Of a stretch of 64,000 bases of DNA, positions 38,271 to 52,943 are shown piece by piece. Positions within the stretch are counted from its first letter, which is position 1. Each line of letters starts with the position of its first letter. The stretch lies in the NCBI RefSeq assembly GCF_003918875.1, contig NW_025765570.1, positions 682,001-746,000 on the forward strand. The letters are read 5' to 3'. Source of the DNA: Haliotis rubra (lineage: Eukaryota). Both the position numbers and the translations under genes were made by a program. The notes beneath the pieces were generated by a model. That model was not told where the DNA came from. It worked only from the letters and a program-made list of their open reading frames with translations, and ran no database searches.

Positions 38271-39548
38271 ATCTTGATAGAAGATAACATCCTTTTTACC
38301 CTGCTACACAAAGTATAGTATACACGATACACTACATACAAACATAACTACCTACGCTGGACAGATTGCGGAATGGAACAAGCCCCCACCGAAAAAATAT
38401 AAAAAATCCTAACGCTGACATATCCCTGTAAACATAATTCATCATATAAATTGTAGTATTTGAAACATTCTTCCCAGAAAATTCTATGCATACAGAATAC
38501 ACCAGGGACCAATATGAAATTTCAAATGAATATTAACACTAACTTTTTCCAGCCATCGTGCCCAGAGCATTTGTTCCAAGTCTTCACTCCCTGTGATGTT
38601 CAGTGATGTTTGACAAGGCTGATGGGAATTGTTGACGGCGAGGTGCAATACACTCCTGATTTACTTGCGCACCGTTCAGAAACATTTTCCGCAACATTAC
38701 ACTGTAAGTTAGATAGTTTTGTGTTGTGTGTGAACATGTCTATGTATATATATATAGCTTCAAAAATGAACTTCGAATGTTTTTGCTGAAAGTGTAAATC
38801 TGCTTCTGTAGTTTGTGAGGCTGGATTATTTCAACCCTATCAAATAATGACAGTTTACCATTCGGTTCACATAGTAGAACATATGAACTCAACAAAGTAC
38901 TGGTCTTACATCGATACATGAGCTGACTACATAATACGACTATCGTGGAACAAGGTAACGCATTGGTGCATCCTACTTTGTTCGCAATACAGCATCTATC
39001 TTGCTAAGATGCTTCTTAAGTAAACATGTTGGTCGTGGTTTATCAGCTTTCGGGTTTGGAAGACGAATAGAACTTTATGTGAGAAGCGTCTTACAATCTC
39101 CATGCCTGCAACAGTTCCGTACGTCAACACGATACAAAGACCGACGACAACGTAGTTCCGACGCCGTGATGTCCGCATCGTGATAACACATGGCAACATG
39201 CACACACGTACTGTGTTCAGGAAATACTGTGAGTGACGGGTCTACTGGAAGTGCAGGATATGCTTACCCTTTTCGCGAACACCTGGTGTCAGGAATGACT
39301 TTCAGTGGTGCAATCATTGTATAGTCGTTAATTCGTCTTTAACGTCCAGGGGAACCTGTTTCGGGGGTAAATCGAGACCAGTAATTATCTGGCGTTGACA
39401 TTTAAAATAAAAGTAACTGATGTCTGTACAAGTTCAATAATAGAAGGAAGCGCTCGTAAAAGGTCCCTGTCCGGCTGCTCGTCGGGACGGTCCATAGATC
39501 CAATGCACAGTGAAATGATTACTTTGAGAGTCGGTTGTGGGGGCAGTT

Positions 39549-40164
39549 TATTGATATCAAGTTAGTCTAAAAATACTTACGTCACATCGAGGTATTGATA
39601 TCACGTTAGTCTAAAAGTACTTACGCCACATCGAGGTATTGATATCACGTTAGTCTAAAAGTACTTACGCCACATCGAGATATTGATATCAGGTTAGTCT
39701 AAAAGTACTTACGTCACATCGAGGTATTGATATCACGTTAGTCTGAAAAGTACTTGCGTCACATCGGGGTATTGATATCACGTTAGTCTAAAAGTACTTA
39801 CGTCACATCGAGGTATTGATATCACGTTAGTCTAAAGTACTTACGTCACATCGAGGTATTGATATGACTTTAGTCTAAAAGTACTTACGTCACATCGAGG
39901 TATTGATATCACGTTAGTCTAAAAGTACTTGCGTCACATCGAGGTATTGATATCACGTTAGTCTAAAAATACTTGCGTCACACCGGGGTATTGATATCAC
40001 GTTAGTCTAAAAGTACTTACGTCACATTGTTGTATTGATATCGTGTTGTTCTAAAAGTACTTGCGTCACATCGAGGTATTGATATCACGTTAGTCTAAAA
40101 TGTACTGGCGTCACATCGTTGTATTGATATCGTGTTGTTCTAAAAGTACTTGCGTCACATCGAG
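39549..40164. repeat. 44-bp tandem array, ~14 copies
   Basis: Unit tattgatatcacgttagtctaaaagtacttacgtcacatcgagg. Confidence 0.96.
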
Positions 40165-40731
40165 GGATGTGTAATATAACTGAATAATGATATCCTGGAT
40201 CAGACAAGCTAGTGGTTGAAAGTATGAACACATTCAACAACGCAGCTAATGCAGGTTCACATGCACCACCCCATCAGGACATGTCTCGGACTGGACGCAC
40301 CTCTTTATATACCTCGCTGCTATGGTAGGAAAGCCGGGACTGAGAAGCCAAAATGTTATCCGAGTAAATGCTCTGAACCTGAGAAGGAATGAACTGTTGT
40401 TGATATGAGTTTGAGAGTCAGTTCAGGAATTATACGTATAAGTTACTCTGAGTGAAGACATGCTGTCAGTAGACCACCTACCCATTGGCTTCGTGACCAG
40501 TCTGACAGGTACCCACTACACTATAGGTATTCTTTCCGAAATACACTTAAGAGGGCTACTGAAGGTATCGGTGAGAACCTCTTGGCACAGGACAGACTGA
40601 AAGCGAACTGTGACATAAAATCTAAACATAGAAATGTCAGTCCTAGCGATACGGTGTCAGTGCTGGGCTAGATACCAAGATCCGCAAGTCTGTGGATAGG
40701 AAAGTCAGTGAAACTAACAACATTGTACTAA

Positions 40732-41024
40732 TGCTACATATGTTATATTTAGGATTACACTTTCTTAGTAAATCTAAACACAAAGTCCGCAGTCCAGACA
40801 GCCAGTTGTCCCACTGCCATTCTTGTGGAAGTCGCGGTAGCTGAGCGGGTTAGGCGGCTGACCTTGTGTGCTGGCGATTTGGTGCCTGACTCTGAGGGTG
40901 TGTTCGAATCCCGGATGGGACTCAACCCAAAAATGTTCTAGAATTTGTACTTTACTAAGAAAGCGTAATCCCAAATATACATATGTTGCATTTGATCACT
41001 TTCTAAATGGCATTGTGTAATCAT
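40732..41024 (+). mobile_element. Family D element: tRNA-like core between inverted repeats, plus a 3' tail
   Basis: Inverted arms 40732-40772 and 40951-40990; core gtagctgagcgggttaggcg...gttcgaatccc; TSD aacattgtactaa at 40719 and 41025. Confidence 0.85.
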
Positions 41025-43243
41025 AACATTGTACTAACGCCAGACAGCCAAAGATTGTGTCATTTGAATGTGATCAAAGAATTTAATGACAGGTCTCAAA
41101 ATTTCAAGTTCTTGCGACATTTCTTCCGGAGAATCCGTATGAGATTTGCGCATCCCTAAGTCTACAAGTGATCATGCGAAGTGTGACGATTTACGTGAGG
41201 AGATTTTCACAGGCTTAAGAATCTTAGTGTTAAACAGTCTTGATGAGATGTTCGCACGTCTTACTTCATATCAATAGAGACAGTTGTCAGATATAATTCA
41301 CGAGTTTATCCCTTTGTTTCAAGATGTACCTAGAGGTAGTCATGACACCGAAAGAACTACATCGAATGGAGTGAGCAGAACGGCCTCAAAACTGGCCCAT
41401 GTATGTTGCTTGCTGTAAAGTAATTTTAGGTAAACACAGAACTTTCTAGTCTAGAAAATAACACTTATCACGTAACTGCGTGAATGATAACACGATGAAC
41501 GTACTTCCCTTCAGGTTCTGTCACGTTAAGAACTGACAGGTGTCTTGACGTGCGGAAATTAGCTGATTTACAGCATAAATTCATTCTAATGACTAATCAC
41601 TTGTTTTATCTCCACTACTATTCCCTTGTCTTCTCATCAGGCAGGGTTTCAGGATACAGGATTACAGTTGTAAGGTTAAATGTATATACTTAAAACAGGT
41701 GACTCTGATCATATGAATGTGTCCATAAGTAAATAATAATAACTATTGTATATATAGGAGCTCTACATACTGAACAATCTTCCAAACGTGCACTCAAGAC
41801 GACAATGTGACGACAGACCACGGCAACTTCGCGACGCTATATACACGGATCAAACTGGGTCACTCAACTTTAATACACCCACACTGCAACAGCAAACCTT
41901 TCCACCTTACATACAGTTTTAAAAGCCGAAATATATTCAGAATGATAACTCGTTTGTCCAAACTTCCAGAAATGGTTTAGGTTACACCAAAACCAGCACA
42001 TTTATGACGAGAAAATGAAAAATGTATAATTAATTATATCCCCTGAAATACTGAATGGATTATCTGGTTGCATTTCTTGTAAATTGCTGTAATATTCGAG
42101 ATGAAGGTCGGTGGCTTGCAAAAGGCACTGAGTCTTAACATAGACAAACCTTTACCTACATTTCGTTTAGAAAATGGCGTACTTAAGCTCCACTATGAAT
42201 ATATCTGAAAACCCCGAAAAACTTCTGTTACATTTAGTCTAATGTATATATGTCGTGCATCTTGTAAGTCCCAAACAGGCAAAAGTTATGACGAAAACTA
42301 TCGATTTTCTTTTCATATGGACACTTTTGATAACTTCTGATAATAAAACGATGTATAGAACTTCTTTCTTAAACATGTCAGGACTTATAACTCATATTTG
42401 GATCCATTTGCCATCCCTTTTATCGAGCCCGTGTGAGATCTCACAACGTAGATTTGTGTTTATATCACTACAATTTCATAATGTGAAGTGAACATGCCAT
42501 ACGGCTTCTCCATTGGACGAGAGGCCGATCACATGACTGTACAACTAACGTATTAACGACACGGTTTTTGTACTGGACTCCAGAATAGACGAATGATGGA
42601 CCACTCAAAGAATGTTGAGAAAACTCTTGGATTTCGATCGCACAAATACACAGAGAATAGTTGTTTCTGATCATTTATACTGCTCTGTGTCGGTTTTGAG
42701 CGAATTTGACCATGAGAGTTTTGACTATCATAGCCCAGTGAACAAACATGAGAAATGCACGACTAAACCATAGCCTATATCTGTATCTAGACTGGCGGTC
42801 CACTGTGAATGTAGACAGACAGATTATTTATTAGAGTCTCACCTCATGGACATAAAATAATACAGCATAATATACAAAAATAATACATGAGCCGCTCCAT
42901 TTGGAGTTATGAGAGACTATCTGTTAAAACCATGTACAATGATAAAATACACTATGATATGAGAAGCATAAATATGATTATAAGCATATACATACAGACA
43001 TAGGGAGCATATCAAAAGCATAAAATATATGACTAGGAATTGTACAATTTTCCCATTCGTTTGTCTAAAATAAGTTTACATGTTTTGGAACATAAATTGG
43101 CTAAATGTAGTTTAGTGTCTGTTGTTTGCATCACCTTTGATTGATCGGCTAGCTGATCAATTGAGTAACACGTAATCGCCACATGTTTACTGATTACTTC
43201 TGCAATCTCCTCATGCTGATCAGGTCGGCCATTGTGCCGTCGT

Positions 43244-46200
43244 CTTGTACATGAAGTAAATACATTACCCCACACTGTCACCGTCAAGCTTGTACATGAA
43301 GTAAATACACTACCCCACACTGTCACCGTCAAGCTTGTACATGAAGTAAATACATTACCCCACACTGTCACCGTCAAGCTTGTACATGAAGTAAATACAT
43401 TACCCCACACTGTCACCGTCAAGCTTGTACATGAAGTAAATACATTACCCCACACTGTCACCGTCAAGCTTGTACATGAAGTAAATACACTACCCCACAC
43501 TGTCACCGTCAAGCTTGTACCTGAAGTAAATACACTACCCCACACTGTCACCGTCAAGCTTGTACATGAAGTAAATACATTACCCCACACTGTCACCGTC
43601 AAGCTTGTACATGAAGTAAATACACTACCCCACACTGTCACCGTCAAGCTTGTACCTGAAGTATATACATTACCCCACACTGTCACCGTCAAGCTTGTAC
43701 CTGAAGTAAATACATTACCCCACACTGTCACCGTCAAGCTTGTACCTGAAGTAAATACATTACCCCACACTGTCACCGTCAAGCTTGTACATGACGTAAA
43801 TACATTACCCCACACTGTCACCGTCAAGCTTGTACATGAAGTAAATACATTACCCCCACACTGTCACCGTCAAGCTTGTACATGAAGTAAATACACTACC
43901 CACACTGTCACCGTCAAGCTTGTACATGAAGTAAATACATTACCCCACACTGTCACCGTCAAGCTTGTACATGAAGTAAATACATTACCCCACACTGTCA
44001 CCCTCAAGCTAGTACATGAAGTAAATACATTACCCCACACTGTCATCGTCAAGCTTGTACATGAAGTAAATACATTACCCCACACTGTCACCCTCAAGCT
44101 TGTACATGAAGTAAATACATTACCCCACACTGTCACCGTCAAGCTTGTACATGAAGTAAATACATTACCCCACACTGTCACTCTCAAGCTTGTACATGAA
44201 GTAAATACATTACCCCACACTGTCACCGTCAAGCTTGTACCTGAAGTAAATACATTACCCCACACTGTCACCGTCAAGCTTGTATCTGAAGTAAATACAT
44301 TACCCCACACTGTCACCGTCAAGCTTGTACATGAAGTAAATACATTACCCCACACTGTCACCGTCAAGCTTGTACATGAAGTAAATACATTACCCCACAC
44401 TGTCACCGTCAAGCTTGTACATGAAGTAAATACATTACCCCACACTGTCACCGTCAAGCTTGTACATGAAGTAAATACATTACCCCCACACTGTCACCGT
44501 CAAGCTTGTACATGAAGTAAATACATTACCCCACACTGTCACCGTCAAGCTTGTACATGAAGTAAATACATTACCCCACACTGTCACCGTCAAGCTTGTA
44601 CATGAAGTAAATACATTACCCCACACTGTCACCGTCAAGCTTGTACATGAAGTAAATACATTACCCCACACTGTCACCCCTCAAGCTGGTACATGAAGTA
44701 AATACATTACCCCACACTGTCACCGTCAAGCTTGTACATGAAGTAAATACATTACCCCACTGTCTGTCACCGTCAAGCTTGTACATGAAGTAAATACATT
44801 ACCCACACTGTCACCGTCAAGCTTGTACATGAAGTAAATACATTACCCCACACTGTCACCGTCAAGCTTGTACATGAAGTAAATACATTACCCCACACTG
44901 TCACCGTCAAGTTTGTACATGAAGTAAATACATTACCCCACACTGTCACCGTCAAGCTTGTACATGAAGTAAATACATTACCCCACACTGTCACCGTCAA
45001 GCTTGTACATGAAGTAAATACATTACCCCACACTGTCACCGTCAAGCTTGTACATGAAGTAAATACATTACCCCACACTGTCACCGTCAAGCTTGTACAT
45101 GAAGTAAATACATTACCCCACACTGTCACCGTCAAGCTTGTACATGAAGTAAATACATTACCCCACACTGTCACCGTCAAGCAAGTAAATACATTACCCC
45201 ACACTGTCACCGTCAAGCTTGTACATGAAGTAAATACATTACCCCACACTGTCACCGTCAAGCTTGTACATGAAGTAAATACATTACCCCACACTGTCAC
45301 CGTCAAGCTTGTACATGACGTAAATACATTACCCCACACTGTCACCGTCAACCCGTCAGTAAAGCATTACCCCACACTGTACATGAAGTAAATACATTAC
45401 CCCACACTGTCACCGTCAAGCTTGTACATGAAGTAAATACATTACCCCACACTGTCACCGTCACGTAAATACATTACCCCACACTGTCACCGTCAAATAC
45501 GTACCATGAAGTAAATACATTACCCCACACTGTCAAATCAAGCTTGTACATGAAGTAAATACATTACCCCACACTGTCACCGTCAAGCTTGTACATGAAG
45601 TAAATACATTACCCCACACTGTCACCGTCAAGCTTGTACGTGAAGTAAATACATTACCCCACACTGTCACCGTCAAGCTTGTACATGAAGTAAATACATT
45701 ACCCCACACTGTCACCGTCAAGCTTGTACATGAAGTAAATACATTACCCCACACTGTCACCGTCAAGCTTGTACATGAAGTAAATACATTACACTGTCAC
45801 ACACTTGTACCGTGAAGTAAATACATTACCCCACACTGTCACCGTCAAGCTTGTACATGAAGTAAATACATTACCCCACACTGTCACCGTCAAGCTTGTA
45901 CATGAAGTAAATACATTACCCCACACTGTCACCGTCAAGCTTGTACATGAAGTAAATACATTACCCCACACTGTCACCGTCAAGCTTGTACATGAAGTAA
46001 ATACATTACCCCACACTGTCACCGTCAAGCTTGTACATGAAGTAAATACATTACCCCACACTGTCACCGTCAAGCTTGTACATGAAGTAAATACATTACC
46101 CCACACTGTCACCGTCAAGCTTTGTACATGAAGTAAATACATTACCCCACACTGTCACCGTCAAGCTTGTACATGAAGTAAATACATTACCCCACACTGT

Positions 46201-46526
46201 CACCGTCAAGCTTGTACATGAAGTAAATACATTACCCCACACTGTCACCGTCAAGCTTGTACCTGAAGTAAATACATTACCCCACACTGTCACCGTCAAG
46301 CTTGTACATGAAGTAAATACATTACCCCACACTGTCACCGTCAAGCTTGTACATGAAGTAAATACATTACCCCACACTGTCACCGTCAAGCTTGTACATG
46401 AAGTAAATACATTACCCCACACTGTCACCGTCAAGCTTGTACATGAAGTAAATACATTACCCCACACTGTCACCGTCAAGCTTGTACATGAAGTAAATAC
46501 ACTACCCCATACTGTCACCGTCAAGC
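43244..46526. repeat. 45-bp tandem array, ~73 copies
   Basis: Unit cttgtacatgaagtaaatacattaccccacactgtcaccgtcaag. Confidence 0.98.
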
Positions 46527-47751
46527 AGTTCTTAATGATGATAGTATTTTTATTGTTTCCTCTATTTGCTGTAACCAAGCAACAACAAGTGTTACTGCTG
46601 TGAAATGTGAACATATATACGCTTACGTCATCTCTTGTTTTGAGAAACTGATGATGTCGACACAGATGATGGTTGTATGGCTGTCAGGGTAAATGACTCA
46701 ATGATATTGTGAATACATCATTCGAGGTACCAAGCAACGTTCCTATACTTTGGTCTTCACTTTGTAAATGCACAAAGAGTCTCCAAAGAATCCATACAGA
46801 CTGAAAGTCGGTTGCTTAAATTAACATAAGATTTAACATCAAGTGCGTATGAAAACAGTATCAATAAACTCCTAACGAAGGCAATCAAGAAGATAACATA
46901 AAACTTAAATTCTAAACTAAATAACAGAAAAAGACGTGAAAATAATAAAACCTGCGTGGAGGTTTTCGGCCTTACAAAAACAAACGGAAACAAAAAGCAA
47001 AAATGTCGGCATAAAATTGATATGAAGCCAACTAAAACCAAATTGTTTTTACCACCACGAGGATGGCTTCAAGAGGACGTCTTCTGTCAGCGTATTAGTC
47101 GGGTTGACGATCTGGATATGCAGCATCACAGAGGACTACTGACAGTAGGGCCTTCATGGGATGTGTTATGTGTTAAATAAACGAATTACAAAAAAGACTC
47201 GTCTGTTATATAAATATAAATCATCTGTGACACTATGAATTCACAACCTCACGTTACTAAAATACCGCCAGGTGCCATTTCTCATACTGCAAACATATTA
47301 TGTTATTGTTAATGCTAAGCCTTCAAGGGAGATAAGCTAACAGATACATCGTGTTTCGCAAGCACAGAATAACTAATGTATGAGCTTGGCAATTATCATC
47401 ACAAATTCCTTATAAGGTTAAAAACCTAAGACGATTTGGATGAAAATCATATTGACTTTATATTAGATTACACCACTTGTATACTGAACTGAACTGAACT
47501 TTATTCACTCAGGCTGCAAACTGCAGCATAAGAGATACATAAATAATATTTACATGTATACAACATAAGAAGTATATACAAACGGTATGACAGGTGCAAT
47601 GTACATCGAGCTAGTTACATATTAAGTTATTTAAATTATTTCTTAAATATAGCCATAATTATTTTGCAAAAATGGAAAGTTTTCTTAAAGTTCCTAGCTT
47701 CATGGTGTTAAATAGTATATTCATTTTATACATATTTGGTATATATACCAA

Positions 47752-48470
47752 ATGTTGATCATGGCTCCCAAGTGGATTGCACCAACTTTGAGTCGGCCTC
47801 AGTTCTCCATAGGTGATTGTGTTGTCAGCCCGGCCACGGAAGCACGTAATCTTGGAGTGATCTTTGATTCTCACATGACCCTTGAGCCCCATGTCAAAGC
47901 AATCTGCAGGCGGTCCTATTACCATATCAGGAATATTGGTAAGATCCGAAGATATCTTGATGAAATAACAGCAGCAGCATTAGTTCAGTCCTACATCACA
48001 TCTCGCCATGATTACTGCAACTCACTCCTCTATGGTTTCCCAGCTCATCTGGTCAAGAAACTGCAGCAGGTCCAGAATGTAGCGGCTCGTGTGGTCACTC
48101 TTACTCGCAAGTTCGAGCACATCACCCCTGTCTTGAAGAGACTTCATTGGCTACCTGTTCGCTACCGAACCATCTACAAGATTCTGCTCCTCACTTTCAA
48201 ATCTCTCCACAATCTTGCTCCTAACTACATCTCAAGTCTTATCCAGCCATACCAACCTCGGCGCAGTCTGCGGTCAGCTGACAGTCATCTCCTTGTGGTA
48301 CTAAACTCCAGAACCAAGTCTTACGGCGAACGGTCTTTTGCATCAGCAGCACCATTCTTATGGAACTAACTCCCAATCAACATACGGGCCTCACAAGAAC
48401 TCTCACTCTTCAAAACCAAACAAAACACATCTGTTTAGCCAAGCCTACTGAATCTCACTGTATAGATGTG
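47752..48470 (+). mobile_element. 5'-truncated L2/CR1-group LINE, C-terminal part of ORF2
   Basis: ARNLGVIFDSHMT, SRHDYCNSLLYG, LQQVQNVAARVV, HITPVLKRLHWLPV and RSFASAAPFLWN are typical of L2-clade ORF2; runs into the gap. Confidence 0.92.
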
Positions 48471-48751
48471 NNNNNNNNNNNNNNNNNNNNNNNNNNNNNN
48501 NNNNNNNNNNNNNNNNNNNNNNNNNNNNNNNNNNNNNNNNNNNNNNNNNNNNNNNNNNNNNNNNNNNNNNNNNNNNNNNNNNNNNNNNNNNNNNNNNNNN
48601 NNNNNNNNNNNNNNNNNNNNNNNNNNNNNNNNNNNNNNNNNNNNNNNNNNNNNNNNNNNNNNNNNNNNNNNNNNNNNNNNNNNNNNNNNNNNNNNNNNNN
48701 NNNNNNNNNNNNNNNNNNNNNNNNNNNNNNNNNNNNNNNNNNNNNNNNNNN
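48471..48751. other. Assembly gap (N run)
   Basis: 281 consecutive n. Confidence 1.
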
Positions 48752-48764
48752 GCCTTCTCAGATT

Positions 48765-49100
48765 AAACAAATGTTATATTTGGGATTACACTTTCTCAGT
48801 AAAGCACAGATTCTAGTTAACCCGCTCAATTAACATTTATCACATGGGTACAAAAAGTCCATGGTCCACACTACCAGTTGTCCGACTTCTACTTTTGTGG
48901 AAGCCGCGGTTGCTGAGCGGATAAAACGGCTGACATTGTGTGCTGGCGATTAGGTGCCTGACTCTGTGAGTGTGGGTTCGAATCCCGGATGGGACTAAAC
49001 CCAACAAAAGTACTAACATCTATTCTTTACTGAGAAAGTGTAATCCCAAATATATCATTTGTTACATTTCATCACTTTCTAAATGGCATTGTGTATTCAT
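48765..49100 (+). mobile_element. Family D element, second full copy
   Basis: Inverted arms ~48766-48817 and ~49011-49063; tRNA-like core; TSD cttctcagatt at 48754 and 49102. Confidence 0.85.
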
Positions 49101-50247
49101 GCTTCTCAGATTTAGTTGAACACAAAACAACAGAAGAAATACATGATTCTACTTGCGACTCGCCTGTCGGTTAATTTTGGCGCAGGCTGAAATGTGATGT
49201 GATATTTATTACTTTACCGTTGTTTCAATGGCTAAATAGAACAAAGAAAGGGAGATGATTACAGTGCGCATGTACACTGTGCGTTGTGACGTCAATCTGG
49301 TATGCGACACTAAGCCAAATCGTTCTGGACATGTAAGCTGGAATAGGTATCATTAATATGTTTGCTTCAGCATTTTAAAGAAGATTTTTCCTTGTTCTAA
49401 TCTAAGGTTTGGATGTAATGTTGATTTTAAATGTTAGATGTTAAATGTAACTTTTTGGGCCATTTCTAAAGTTCTTACTCAAACGGCCTCTTTGTTAACG
49501 GGGACAGAAATAGTCCAGTTGGACCTGGGTGACTTACACGATTTGCTGCCCTCTACTGATGCCGGATCCGCTGATCGCTTTTTGTAATTACAGATCATAA
49601 TTCGTTTTAGGCCCACTATCATGCTCACTATCATTCTACGCTTGCCGGTATGCTTATAACGCTAAAATATCATCACCCCAATCGACATACCGCAGTGCAC
49701 TCAGCACCTGTCTTTCAACTCCCTGGGGAGTGTCCCACCCTAGCCGTCTATGACGATCCAGAGCCTAAACAGTCACATTACCATCTCTTCTACGGAGTAC
49801 TAATATTTGTACATAACAAGATGATATCATCGTTCTGTGTATCACATTTGATCTTAAGAAAATTAACCCATCAAATATTCAAACACAGTCCCCCTCAACT
49901 ACGTCCATTCCTTGACTAAATCTTTGAGATCCATTCCCTAAACTGTATAGCGTTTTCAATATTCCTAGCTACAGGATAAATCCTGGTTACTCGTGAATAC
50001 CCGTTGCCCATCCTTACCACATGTTGTCACCGTTTTGGGGGATTGCAACAGTCATCATTTTTGTCATCATCGCCTCCACACATCTACCATAAAAGATGGT
50101 GACAGCTTCACTTAGACTTTGAATGTTGATCAATGGTGAGCAAACAACTTTAGAGAAAGCGTTTTATGGTGCTCTTTGAAATCATCATAGAGTTGTACCT
50201 GACAAATTGTAAAACATTGACACCAAGGAATATTATTGGATATATAT

Positions 50248-50499
50248 CCACCCGTGAAGGTCCGGGTTAGACTGAGCCTTCAGTAACCCATGCTTGTCGT
50301 AAGAGGCGACTAACGGGATCGGGTGGTCCGGCTCACTGGCTTGGTTGACATATGTCATCGGTTCCCAATTGCGCTGACCGATGCTCATGCTGTTGATCAC
50401 TGGATTGTCTGGTCCAGACTCGATTATTTACAGCCCGCCGCCGTATAGCTGGAATATTGCTGAGTGCGGCGTAAAGCTAAATTCACTCAATCACCCTAA
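50248..50499 (+). mobile_element. SINE-like family B
   Basis: TSD tggatatata at 50237 and 50500. Confidence 0.9.
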
Positions 50500-52860
50500 T
50501 GGATATATAGATGACCATTGGCGAGTTCAACTCTTTCCCTGATGCATCAAATTGGAAAATTGGAATTGACATTTACCCATTCACTTCAAATCAGACTTGT
50601 TCCATTCTCATTCCCTTCTCAGTCCGAGCAGCCTTCGCCCACCTCCTCCTATTGCAATGTTTTATTATTCAAAAGATTAGAAAATATGCCTCATTTCCAT
50701 AATATCACTGGATACAAGCAGTGGCACATATCCCACACCCTCCAGACCGCCCCTTCACACTATATATTCCTTGCCATGATTTTGTATTTCACTTATCTTA
50801 CAGTTTGTCACCTAACTCAGGAATGTAAAAGTGACCACGATCGAAGACCAACGGAACGCTGGAGACTCTGCTGGAGACTCTGCCCCGGATACAGCAGCGG
50901 CTCAAACCACTGCCCCAGACAGATGGTGGAAGCCGTGCTTGTTGACCGCTGCCCTGTGAGTGTGTGTAAATGATGGAATCGGGGAAGTAGATCCCCGCAG
51001 ACAGGGTACGCACTCCTCATCGTCCGAGGCAATAAGACATGGCAAATGCTGATGAGAGGGTTTATCACCTGACATTTCAAACCCCTGCTGAAATGGGACA
51101 CTTCTAAACTTTATCATTAGTCGATTACAGGATTTCAAAGTTACCTTCTCACGGGCCCATTGCTTTTAATGCGTCGCCAGTTTGGTGTAAAATAGATTTA
51201 AAGCGAAAAAAATAGACGTTTTATAACCAACGAATGCGAGAAATCCTGTGGGACGCGAGCAATCAAATCGTTGCTCTTCAAACAGTTTCTAGGCAAATCC
51301 AGTTTTGGTAGGAAACTTTCTATTGTGAGATCGAGAAAAGCCATTTCCGAGTGGAGTCGCGTCACGTGCCGGACAAATTGAATTCTAAAATTTGATTTCA
51401 TTTCCATCAAACGTCCCCCCGTCCCCACTTATCCCATCTCGCTCACTTGCGAGTCTAACATGTTTGTCTCCCTTGTGTTATCTTCAATCTTCAAGACGTC
51501 AGATTTTTGCTCGTGGATAGAATTAGAGACCAAAATTAGAATTGATCACCCCCAAATGGCGCGTTATTGGATCCAATGTTTTCATCGACAGAGATAATCA
51601 GATCATTGGCGTTCAAATATCATTTACCTTTGAATGCGCCGGGCCCCATCTCGCAATGGTGATGGGCCAAGGCGCCTACCTTACAGGGCCCCTATTCATC
51701 CCCTTTAACTGGATTTTGGCTCTCACATCTCGCTTTATAGCTGCGTCTTCACAGACATGTCTTAATACTTTGTGTTTCATTTGACGGGGAAGTGGTTAGA
51801 TCGGATTAGGGGCAAACGCAATTAATAAAAACTCGCCGGGGCAAATTGCGTTTTCCTTATCAAATCAGCGAAAGTGATAAGTGACTTTTGTAGGTTGGTG
51901 TTGTGCGCTGATTAAAACCTTCCTCGATGGCTGCAAGCGAGCCTAAGCCGCGCTGAGCTTTATCGCCGCTCAGAGACTGATCTGATTTTCAATTTGCCGA
52001 ATAACTTGATTCCCATGTTCCCATGGGACACGGTACGCCCGTGCAAGTCTCTCTTCGCCGGTATCTTCATTCATCAATATGTCATGACTCTAACTCGCCG
52101 AGTAAATCTCGGCTTTAAGACTTTTCCTCAAGCATCAACCAAAGCCCACTAATTCAGGTTCGAGGGCCCCAGCTAAGAGAAAAGGGGTACCTGGGAAACT
52201 AAGTCGCCTTAATGACCATGGTGTCTTGTTTTCGCATTCACCACGTGGCAGTGTTGTAAGCCCACAGCAAATTGACTGCGGGATTAGTAATGAAATAAAT
52301 CGCAGGTAAGGCTCATTCGTTACACAAAATAGCTTCCTCGCGCTGCTCTTTGACAGTTGAGGAAGAGGGGAGATTTCACAATTTCATTTGAGCTGACAAG
52401 CGTTTGATGACCTTGTGATAACTGAGTAGAGGCAGCAGAGACATAGAGGCTTGTTAAAAATATACCTAGTCTCTTATAACACATTGTCTTATAAAACGGT
52501 TGTTCTTGTGGCAGTAGCTGGGTGCTGACAGCAGAATCATATAAGGACATCACGACTGCTGTACAGAAACGTTACCTGGCATCTTGTCTATACATAGACG
52601 TATGATACATATACAATGGTCCAAGAGAAAAATGAATTATTCCATCATTTTAGAAGGAATTTAGAAGATGAGGAATAACTCATTTGTACTCTTTCGCTGT
52701 TTACAGGGGATATATTTGGCAGTAAAATTTCAACACCAATTCAAAATTTAAATATAAATAATAACTTTGCATTGTATTAATAAGAACCATTTTGATAAAT
52801 CAATATCTACAAACGTTAGTTTTGGATTTTGTTGTTTAAAATATTTCAGGAAATGCCACA

Positions 52861-52943
52861 GTGAGTGAGTGAGTGAGTGAGTGAGTGAGTGAGTGAGTGA
52901 GTGAGTGAGTGAGCTTTAACCACTGGGCTTCCCCACCGCCCCC
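52861..52943 (-). mobile_element. Internally deleted SINE A: head fused to an expanded (GTGA)n tail
   Basis: About 13 GTGA units followed directly by gctttaaccactgggcttccccaccgcccc. Confidence 0.75.

Noticed and set aside
43033-46614. Repetitive ORFs (TVTVWGNVFTSCTSL)n and (HEVNTLPHTVTVKLV)n
   Set aside because: Products of a 45-bp satellite with frequent frameshifting indels; no start, splice or domain support.
48360-48833. ORFs containing runs of X
   Set aside because: They span the N gap.
50518-51138. Overlapping ORFs in a GC-richer patch
   Set aside because: No recognisable domain or consistent exon chain.
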